Shown here in pieces: positions 1 through 6,179 of a stretch of DNA of 10,091 nucleotides. The notes beneath the pieces are model-generated. The model saw only the letters and a list, made by a program, of their open reading frames with translations, did no database searches and was not told the DNA's origin. The position numbers and the translations under genes are program-made. Position 1 is the stretch's first letter, and every line of letters starts with the position of its first letter. Where the stretch lies: positions 1 to 10,091 of the forward strand of contig JBGSTX010000198.1 of the NCBI GenBank assembly GCA_041736305.1, in the 5' to 3' direction. The DNA is from Oligoflexus sp. (GTDB taxonomy: Bacteria; Bdellovibrionota_B; Oligoflexia; Oligoflexales; Oligoflexaceae).

Positions 1-6
1 GAAGAT

Positions 7-40
7 AAAAGCCTGCTCCTCTCTTGCGAAAGGGCAGGCT
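7..40 (-). terminator. Rho-independent terminator of the SOR-like lipoprotein gene
   Basis: The minus strand reads AGCCTGC-CCTTTC-GCAA-GAGAGG-A-GCAGGCT-TTTATCTTC. This gives a 13-bp stem (one G:U pair, one bulged A), a GNRA tetraloop and a T-rich tail, starting 31 nt after the stop codon at 72-74. Confidence 0.8.
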
Positions 41-71
41 CATGAGTTGGACTTTCAAGACTTGGGCTCGT

Positions 72-1553
72 TTAAACTGTAAAAGGCGCTTTCCAGATTC
101 CGTGTTGGTTGCAGTAAGAATAGGCTATATAGTTGCCTGCCGCGACCCCGGCTTTGGGGAAGGTACTTGTCGCTGCCGCAGCCGTCGGGAGAAACCCTCT
201 TTCAAAAACCAAAGATCCGTCTTCTTTTCGGACTTGGTGCCGCGCGATGTAATGATCGTTGGTCATGTCGTGTTCATTTTTGATAACGATATTGTCAGCG
301 TCTACCGTTACGTTTGGTTTCTCCGCATTGACGACACCACCTGCTCGGCCCGGTGTGTCCGAAAAAACGAGATTCAATTGCTCAAACTTGAACTCTTCTT
401 TCCAAACCCCATGCAGATTACAGTAGGTGTAAACCGCATATTGGCCAGCGCCACCTTGAAAGATGCGGCCATCGAAAACACTTTGTGCAGAAGCGGGGAT
501 ATTATTATTGGCTCGCACGAGAAACGGTACTGTATTGGCAATCATGTCCCCCTTGCTCGTCCTCACTTCGGCTCTGGAAAGAAAATGAGTTCCTGCGACC
601 ATTTCATGTCTATTGATGAGATTGACGCGATAGCTCGACAGATTGATCACGCCTGTATCAGTCAGCACTGCAGTTGGAATATGCGATGCCGCATCACCTG
701 ATGCCGCTGGGTTCGCAGCCGTAGCTACGCCGACAACCTGGTCATAGCTGAGATCAGTTGCCCAGATTCCGTGCAGATTACAGGTCGACTGCAGCTGCAC
801 TCCTGTCGAAGGGAGGAAAATTTCCATAAAGCTTACAGCCGCTTTATCCGTAGCTGCACTAAACCAAGACTGAGCCAACACTTCGCCAACGGAATTCTTG
901 ATTTCATGCTTCGTAATCGAGTGAGCAGCTTCCATGATGTGCGGAGTCGCTACTTCAAGAACATAACGCCCTGGTGCTGCACCAGGGCGGCTGCCTTTGA
1001 AAACGGGAACATGAAGTTCTTCAAGACCTGCCCATGGGCCAGGGCTTTCCTTGGTAAAGAGAGACGCACGTCCAAAACCGGCGGCTAGATCGGCTATGAC
1101 TAAGTCTTCCTTCCAGGTTCCGTGTATATTGCAGATGGAAACTGCCGAGATTTTTGTTCCCACTGGCATTGGAATAACAAAAGAAGTTTCTGCCTTGTCT
1201 TTGTTGGTAAGAACTTTGTCGGCGATGATGGTGCCGCTCTCATTGCGTAGTTGGAGGCGGTTGATAAAGTGAGTCTTTTCTAAAGCATGCTCTGTCTTGA
1301 TGGTAAGGCGTCCATCGGCAGCCGTAAGTGTTGGCACATGTTTGTCAACTAAGGTTTTCCAACGGCCTGGATCGGCACGGGTATAGAATTCCTGATCTTT
1401 TTCGGTTTCTTCCTCTTCTTCTTCTTTCTCTTCCTCGGCATCACTTGCTTTGCCAGCAGAGACTTCTGGTTTGGCCTGCTTTTCGCCACAGGCGAAGAGA
1501 GCGTAAGTGCCCGCCGCAAGAGATCCGAATCTCAAAAAGCCTCTCCGATCCAT
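72..1553 (-). CDS. Tat-exported lipoprotein with four tandem desulfoferrodoxin/superoxide-reductase-like (SOR/neelaredoxin-type) iron-binding domains
   Basis: 493-aa ORF with an RBS (GAGGTG, + strand 1558-1563). The N-terminus MDRRGFLR is a twin-arginine motif, followed by lipobox LFA-C22 and a poly-Glu linker. Four repeats follow the pattern HxP...H-x5/6-H...CNxHGxW (CNIHGTW, CNLHGIW, CNLHGVW, CNQHGIW), which is the His4Cys ligand pattern of the SOR catalytic centre. Confidence 0.85.
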   Translation of the reverse strand: MDRRGFLRFGSLAAGTYALFACGEKQAKPEVSAGKASDAEEEKEEEEEETEKDQEFYTRADPGRWKTLVDKHVPTLTAADGRLTIKTEHALEKTHFINRLQLRNESGTIIADKVLTNKDKAETSFVIPMPVGTKISAVSICNIHGTWKEDLVIADLAAGFGRASLFTKESPGPWAGLEELHVPVFKGSRPGAAPGRYVLEVATPHIMEAAHSITKHEIKNSVGEVLAQSWFSAATDKAAVSFMEIFLPSTGVQLQSTCNLHGIWATDLSYDQVVGVATAANPAASGDAASHIPTAVLTDTGVINLSSYRVNLINRHEMVAGTHFLSRAEVRTSKGDMIANTVPFLVRANNNIPASAQSVFDGRIFQGGAGQYAVYTYCNLHGVWKEEFKFEQLNLVFSDTPGRAGGVVNAEKPNVTVDADNIVIKNEHDMTNDHYIARHQVRKEDGSLVFERGFLPTAAAATSTFPKAGVAAGNYIAYSYCNQHGIWKAPFTV

Positions 1554-1707
1554 TCTACACCTCTAAAGTTTACGGTCGTCCCTTGGCCCAGATACCGAGA
1601 TCAGTGAGGTCCCCGAAAAACCCCTCAGTTTCGAGGAGACCTGATACATTCAACTGAACCATGTCTGGCGATATGAAAACTTGTTATCCCTACTCTTCGA
1701 CCAAACT

Positions 1708-1713
1708 TGTCAA
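1708..1713 (-). promoter_or_regulatory. Consensus -35 hexamer TTGACA oriented toward the SOR-like gene, without a convincing -10
   Basis: + strand TGTCAA is TTGACA on the minus strand. It sits within an imperfect palindrome AACTT-N6-AAGTT (1704-1719) and has an AT-rich tract upstream. The best nearby -10 is TAGGGA at 15 bp, which is poor. Confidence 0.3.
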
Positions 1714-1717
1714 TAAG

Positions 1718-1747
1718 TTGAGAAAAAAAAAATTTTGGATTTATATT
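1718..1747 (+). promoter_or_regulatory. Putative sigma70 promoter TTGAGA-N18-TATATT pointing away from the SOR-like gene
   Basis: TTGAGA (1718-1723) and TATATT (1742-1747) each match consensus at 5/6. An A10 run (1723-1732) extends through the spacer. There is no credible plus-strand gene downstream before the 3' end of the methyltransferase gene. Confidence 0.5.
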
Positions 1748-1903
1748 CGTACATTATGAGGGGTTTTTTTTGAGAGGAAGAGCTTTGAAGTGTAATTATC
1801 AAGCAGGATCGTCTAGGCAGTGAATCCCTGAAAACCTTCAAATGGTAAGATTCGCATGTTAGATACTGCCCAGGTTTTGGGCATTTAGTATTGAGATTTT
1901 CAA

Positions 1904-1935
1904 AGCCAGTCCTCACCTCTTCTGATGCACTGGCT
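1904..1935 (-). other. Stem-loop immediately 3' of the arsenite methyltransferase stop codon (weak terminator or mRNA 3' structure)
   Basis: The minus strand reads AGCCAGT-G-CATC-AGAAGA-GGTG-AGG-ACTGGCT, starting 7 nt after the TGA, with only a short T tail. A second hairpin, TGCCCA-GGTTT-TGGGCA, lies at 1867-1883. Confidence 0.45.
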
Positions 1936-1942
1936 CTTAGAC

Positions 1943-2995
1943 TCAGCAGCAAGCTCCTGGAGCAGCAGAACCTAGGGTTGCAGGACTCGTGGCGGGGGCG
2001 CAATCAAAAAGGCCATAGTGCTGGCTCAGATCTCCTGCTAAATCAAAGTGGGGGGCGAAGCGAGTCTGCTTCAGCATCGTGGCTGTATTGCTGCAGACCG
2101 GAAACCAGCGACCCTTCTCGAATAAATGATGATCATCGAGACGAAAGGCTGCGGCTGCATCCTTGATGGTGCCTAAGTACTTTACAGCTTGACCATAATC
2201 CTCACAGCGATCTTCGAGATCCAATTTGAAAGCGCGCACAGTTATCGATTCAAAACGGGCTTGCCCCAATTTCACCTCGATCGCAGGGTTTTGAATGGAG
2301 ATGGGCGATTTACTCATGACTCGAAAATCTCGACAGCCAAGCTCACTCAGCAGTCGTCTAAAATCTTCTTTATAAAGAGCGCCTCCTAGGCATTCTCCGC
2401 GGAGAATCGGATCAAAAACACAGTCCTTAGGCAGGCGTCGCGAAGCAAATACATCGGAAAAGTAGAGCTCGCCACCAGGTTTCAAGACCCGAAAGATTTC
2501 TTGAAAGACTCGTTTTTTGTCAGGCGCTAGATTGATGACGCAATTAGAAACCACAACATCGACTGAGGCATCTTCAATTCCAACACTGGCCAAGTCTTCG
2601 ATATAGGCCTCGAAAAATTCGACATTGGCCTTAGCATAGCCATAGTTCTGCATATGAAAATTCACATGCCGACGAGCCACCTCTAACTGCTCACGGGTCA
2701 TATCGATACCAATGACCCTTCCACTTTCCCCGACCAACTGCGAGAGCAGGTAGGCATCGCGTCCTGTTCCGCAGCCTAGATCCAGAACGACTTTGCCTTC
2801 TAAGCCTAGGGGGAGGGGAGAGCCACAGCCGTAAAATTTCTCTAGTATCTCTGGATGAATGCGCGACATTGCCTCGCGCAGGTTCGGCGGCACTGCTTCA
2901 GTTGTACAGCAGGCGTTGGTCTGAAGGTCACTGCTGCTCTGCAAAACTCTGCTGTAGTAATCCCGAACTCCAGCGATACTTAGTTCAGCTTCCAT
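1943..2995 (-). CDS. arsM: Arsenite S-adenosylmethionine methyltransferase, long AS3MT-like type
   Basis: 350 aa with an AGGAGG RBS upstream. It has SAM motif I (VLDLGCGTGRD) and GIDMT, and four Cys in the canonical AS3MT/ArsM contexts: NAC29C, FYGC57G, SNC152VINL and GEC202LGGA. It also has the C-terminal domain (CEDYGQ...LDDHH...VCSNTA) and ends in CC. Confidence 0.85.
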   Translation of the reverse strand: MEAELSIAGVRDYYSRVLQSSSDLQTNACCTTEAVPPNLREAMSRIHPEILEKFYGCGSPLPLGLEGKVVLDLGCGTGRDAYLLSQLVGESGRVIGIDMTREQLEVARRHVNFHMQNYGYAKANVEFFEAYIEDLASVGIEDASVDVVVSNCVINLAPDKKRVFQEIFRVLKPGGELYFSDVFASRRLPKDCVFDPILRGECLGGALYKEDFRRLLSELGCRDFRVMSKSPISIQNPAIEVKLGQARFESITVRAFKLDLEDRCEDYGQAVKYLGTIKDAAAAFRLDDHHLFEKGRWFPVCSNTATMLKQTRFAPHFDLAGDLSQHYGLFDCAPATSPATLGSAAPGACC

Positions 2996-3159
2996 GGATG
3001 AGTGCCTCCTTGCAAAGGTTCGATCATAGCCCTGGAACAGGCTGAAGGAAAAGCTTCTATCTAAACTGATTTCAACAATTCGACTGTGGACCCCCAGGCT
3101 GGGTTATGCTTTGATGCCCGGGTTTGATGCTATTAATTGGCCGAAAGGTGGCAGCTTTT

Positions 3160-3615
3160 ATGCGAATATGGATCGATGCGGACGCGTGTCCGAGAGCAAT
3201 TAAAGATGTAATCCTGAGAGCAGGGGAACGACTGAAGGTTCGCATGACTTTTGTTGCCAACTCCAGCCAGACTCTGCCGCGTTCGGCACTAGTCGATTCG
3301 GTCCATGTGGCAAAAGGGTCGGACATCGCCGATGCTCATATCCTAGCTGAAGCTAGGCCAGGTGATCTGGTTATCACACAAGATATTCCATTGGCAGCCG
3401 AACTCGTTGCTGCCAATGTGCACGCTATCAATCCCCGTGGCGAGCTCTATACGGAAGCCAATATACGTGAGCGACTCAATATGCGTGACTTTATGGACCA
3501 GATGCGTGGGGCCGGCTTGAGCTCGGGAGGCCCACCTCCCTTGAATGAGAAAGATAAGCAGCTTTTCGCCAATAGCCTCGATCGCCTCCTCACGCGTTTA
3601 GCACCGAAAGCCTAA
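3160..3615 (+). CDS. yaiI: YaiI/YqxD family protein (UPF0178/DUF188)
   Basis: Family signatures IWIDADACP, FVAN, AD..I...A.PGDLVITQDIPLA, NPRGELYT..NI.ERL.MRDFM..MR and GGP. The start is moved from the TTG at 3124 to the ATG at 3160, which has AAAGGTGG upstream and begins at the family N-terminal motif. Confidence 0.9.
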   Translation: MRIWIDADACPRAIKDVILRAGERLKVRMTFVANSSQTLPRSALVDSVHVAKGSDIADAHILAEARPGDLVITQDIPLAAELVAANVHAINPRGELYTEANIRERLNMRDFMDQMRGAGLSSGGPPPLNEKDKQLFANSLDRLLTRLAPKA

Positions 3616-3727
3616 GAACTACTTTCACTTCTAGCGATGAGGCTTCCCCTAGGCCTCAGATTTTGGCATCTATGAGAAGGCAGCAGCTTTGTGACTGCCT
3701 GTCTCTTGCTCAGTGAGGGGGTCTATC

Positions 3728-4174
3728 ATGAGAATTCGTGGCATCAATCACGTCGGAATCGCCGCTAAGGATCCCGTTAAAGCCAAATGGTTTTTTGAAA
3801 CGATCCTCGGCTTACCTTTTGTAGGTGCCGAATTGGTAACTGATCAAAAAACAGACACTTTGATGTTTCAGTCAGGAGCTGGACTAAATGCACCTGAAGC
3901 TCGACTAGAGATCCTAGTCAATCAGACGGGCGAGGAAGGCCCTATCAAGAAGTTCATCGAAAGCCGTGGCGGGGGCATCCATCACATTGCCCTGCAGGTC
4001 GACAATATTGATGAAGCCCTCGAAGAAATGAAAAGCCAGGACATTGAGTTAATCGATAAGGCGCCTCGCCGCGGAGCCCATAACACTCGCATAGCCTTCG
4101 TTCACCCGCGCGCCACAGGAGGTATACTCATTGAACTCGTCCAAGCCACGCAGCACGCGACCCCTCCCCGTTGA
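3728..4174 (+). CDS. mce: Methylmalonyl-CoA epimerase (VOC/glyoxalase superfamily)
   Basis: Motifs INHVGIA, LEIL, PIKKFIESRGGGIHHIALQVDNI, LID..PR.GAH...IAFVHP..TGG.LIELV supply the His/Glu metal ligands of MCE. The ATG at 3728 is preceded by GAGGGG. Confidence 0.85.
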   Translation: MRIRGINHVGIAAKDPVKAKWFFETILGLPFVGAELVTDQKTDTLMFQSGAGLNAPEARLEILVNQTGEEGPIKKFIESRGGGIHHIALQVDNIDEALEEMKSQDIELIDKAPRRGAHNTRIAFVHPRATGGILIELVQATQHATPPR

Positions 4175-4661
4175 TCTCTGGAGCATAATCGCCACCGCTT
4201 ACCCCATCGGGCTAGCTCCGTTTGCTCCGGGCACCTGGGGCAGCTTGCTCGGCTTAGGGGCAGGGGCCTTATTCTTTGAATTGGCCAATGCTGGGGCCAG
4301 CGCCTTCCCTTATGCACAGCAATTGATCGCCATTGGCTTACTAGCCCTCTTATTTTGGATCTCCTGGTATTCGATAGACCGCACCGAACGTCGCTGGGAC
4401 GTGCACGACGATGGGCGTATCGTCATTGACGAAGTGTTAGGGCAGGCGATCCCGATCACGTTTTTAGGTCATAGCCTCTGGATGATGATCCTTTGCTTTG
4501 TACTCTTTCGCTTCCTGGACATCGTAAAACCAGGCCCAATTGGCTGGCTGGATCGTAACCTTCCGGGAGCTTGGGGCACTCTGCTGGACGATGTGCTAGC
4601 TGGAATCTGCGTATGGCCGCTAGTCTTCCTGCTATCATCGCTGCAAGCTCTGATCGTATAA
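4131..4661 (+). CDS. pgpA: Phosphatidylglycerophosphatase A
   Basis: Motifs P.APGTWGSL, HD.G.IVIDEVLGQ and F.LFRFLDI.KP.PI.WLD....G.WG..LDD.LAG in a hydrophobic membrane protein. The TTG start has AGGAGGT (4117-4123) 7 nt upstream. Confidence 0.92.
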   Translation: MNSSKPRSTRPLPVDLWSIIATAYPIGLAPFAPGTWGSLLGLGAGALFFELANAGASAFPYAQQLIAIGLLALLFWISWYSIDRTERRWDVHDDGRIVIDEVLGQAIPITFLGHSLWMMILCFVLFRFLDIVKPGPIGWLDRNLPGAWGTLLDDVLAGICVWPLVFLLSSLQALIV

Positions 4662-4699
4662 TGAGGCTCATAACGATAGATGGAATTACGAGGTTATGG

Positions 4700-6163
4700 A
4701 TGCGCCTGCCTATTTCGGCTTTTCTCCCGGGCCTTTTTCTTGCGACTGGTTTGCTAAACGCGGCGGATTCAAATCTCAAGCTGATGCCCAAGGTAAATGG
4801 AAGTCAGGAATCCATCCTTATCCAACGCCTTAGTGATAATAAAGTTATATACGAGAGTGACAGTCAGAAAGTGATGATTCCTGCCTCTGTCAGTAAGATC
4901 ATCACGAGCGCCGCTCTCCTGCACTACTTCTCGCCAGCTTTTACCTTCAAAACCCGCTTCTATGCGGGGGGTGCTCGGCAGGGTGACACTATTCAAGGCC
5001 CCCTCTATATCAAAGGCGACGGCGATCCTTTCATCACCAATGAAAAACTTTGGCAGCTGGCCGCCGATCTCAAGCACATGGGAATCAAAAACTTTGCAGG
5101 TGATCTGGTCATCGACAACAGTCTCTTCGACAAAGAAAATCGTGATGACTCACGAGTGGACAGCGCCGCCTCATCTTCGAACGCTTATGATGCGCCTCTT
5201 AGCTGCTTTGGGGTTAATTTCAATACGCTGCCTATAGCTTTCGCACCTGGCAGAAGCCTCGGCAGTCCGGGCCTCGTCAGCTTCGATCCCTATCCACTGC
5301 CGGAGCTGCCGATAAAAAACTCGACTTCGACGGGGAGCGGCACTAAATCCTCGATTCAAGCCACTCGCTCGAGTCAGGGGAACAAGACTTCTATAGCAGT
5401 TTCAGGAACGATAGCGAGTCAGGGTCCGATCAGCAAACTATACAGGGCCATGGGCGACCCCGTGCAAGAAGGCGGCGCGGTGCTGCTCTCCTTCTTGAAT
5501 GAGGCAGGCATCAAAGTCCGCGGCAAGATCAAAGAAGCTCCGGTGCCGGCAGGACTCCCTCTGCTCTATACTTTGGAGAGTTATAATCTCGGCTACATCG
5601 TCCATGGCTTGAATCATTTTTCAAACAATTTCATAGCGGACATGCTGGTCAAGAGACTGGGCGCCGCATTTCCCGAGCGGGGACTTGCGATGAGCGAAGG
5701 GTCTGGCACGCTAGAAAATGGGGTCGGTGCCATAGAGCGATTTCTGAAGAACGAGGTGGGGATTCAAGATCGCTTTGAAATTTTCAATGGCTCTGGCCTT
5801 GATCATCGCAATCGCTTCAGCGCCATGCAAATGATCAAAGTCCTCAGCTACATGCAAAATCGTATGGACCTCTTTCCCGAATTTCTCGCCAGTTTTCCAG
5901 CTTCTGGTTGGAGCGGGACCCTCGAAAACCGCTTCAAAGGTCAGAAGAAGAGCCTCATAGAAGGAGTTGTCCGCGCTAAGACCGGAACCCTCTCACAACC
6001 GGTTTCAGTATCTAGCCTCGCCGGCTATATGGGGCACCCGAAGCATGGAACTCTGGCTTTCGCGATTCTTAATAACGGGCAGAGCGCGGGCAATCAGCCG
6101 ACGGTCGTCGAATTTAGACGGCGCCAAGACCAGGCACTGCTGCGACTGATCGAAGAATTTTGA
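4700..6163 (+). CDS. dacB: D-alanyl-D-alanine carboxypeptidase/endopeptidase (PBP4, peptidase S13)
   Basis: SxxK (PASVSK), GDGDP, SxN (FSNN), NGSGL..RNR and KTG (AKTGTL) motifs are present. The ATG at 4700 has GAGG upstream and begins a signal-peptide-like segment (MRLPISAFLPGLFLATGLLNAA). An alternative start at 4661 overlaps the pgpA stop (TAATG). Confidence 0.9.
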   Translation: MRLPISAFLPGLFLATGLLNAADSNLKLMPKVNGSQESILIQRLSDNKVIYESDSQKVMIPASVSKIITSAALLHYFSPAFTFKTRFYAGGARQGDTIQGPLYIKGDGDPFITNEKLWQLAADLKHMGIKNFAGDLVIDNSLFDKENRDDSRVDSAASSSNAYDAPLSCFGVNFNTLPIAFAPGRSLGSPGLVSFDPYPLPELPIKNSTSTGSGTKSSIQATRSSQGNKTSIAVSGTIASQGPISKLYRAMGDPVQEGGAVLLSFLNEAGIKVRGKIKEAPVPAGLPLLYTLESYNLGYIVHGLNHFSNNFIADMLVKRLGAAFPERGLAMSEGSGTLENGVGAIERFLKNEVGIQDRFEIFNGSGLDHRNRFSAMQMIKVLSYMQNRMDLFPEFLASFPASGWSGTLENRFKGQKKSLIEGVVRAKTGTLSQPVSVSSLAGYMGHPKHGTLAFAILNNGQSAGNQPTVVEFRRRQDQALLRLIEEF

Positions 6164-6179
6164 GCTTTAAGGAGTGGAT

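Larger units (their letters stand above)
1616..1768. repeat. Perfect 12-bp inverted repeat pair enclosing 129 bp
   Basis: AAAAACCCCTCA at 1616-1627 and its exact reverse complement TGAGGGGTTTTT at 1757-1768. The match does not extend on either side. Confidence 0.85.

Noticed and set aside
24-701. 225-aa plus-strand ORF, and the smaller ORFs 771-1088, 1051-1272 and 1328-1657
   Set aside because: They are antisense shadows of the well-supported SOR-like gene, with no recognisable motifs and atypical Arg/Cys-rich composition.
1600-1690. TPP, glycine or fluoride riboswitch look-alikes (ACCTGAT, CCGAA...CTCAG, GGCGAT)
   Set aside because: These are isolated short words on the strand opposite to the downstream gene, and the other conserved riboswitch elements are missing.
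1675-1692. Minus-strand TAGGGATAACA resembling the I-SceI homing endonuclease site
   Set aside because: Only the first 11 of 18 bases match contiguously and the remainder diverges. There is no other sign of vector or engineered sequence.
1710-2003. 97-aa minus-strand ORF, and plus-strand ORFs 1891-2166 and 2189-2389
   Set aside because: They overlap arsM out of frame or antisense, run through AT-rich promoter-like sequence, and have no RBS or family motif.
3616-3727. Short hairpins between yaiI and mce (GAGGC...GCCTC; AGGCAG...CTGCCT)
   Set aside because: The stems are 5-6 bp with large loops and no convincing U tract, which is too weak to call a terminator or ncRNA.
4571-4660. ORF-track N-terminal extension of dacB
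   Set aside because: It lies wholly inside the conserved pgpA C-terminus. Starts at 4661 or 4700 give better translational signals and a signal peptide.
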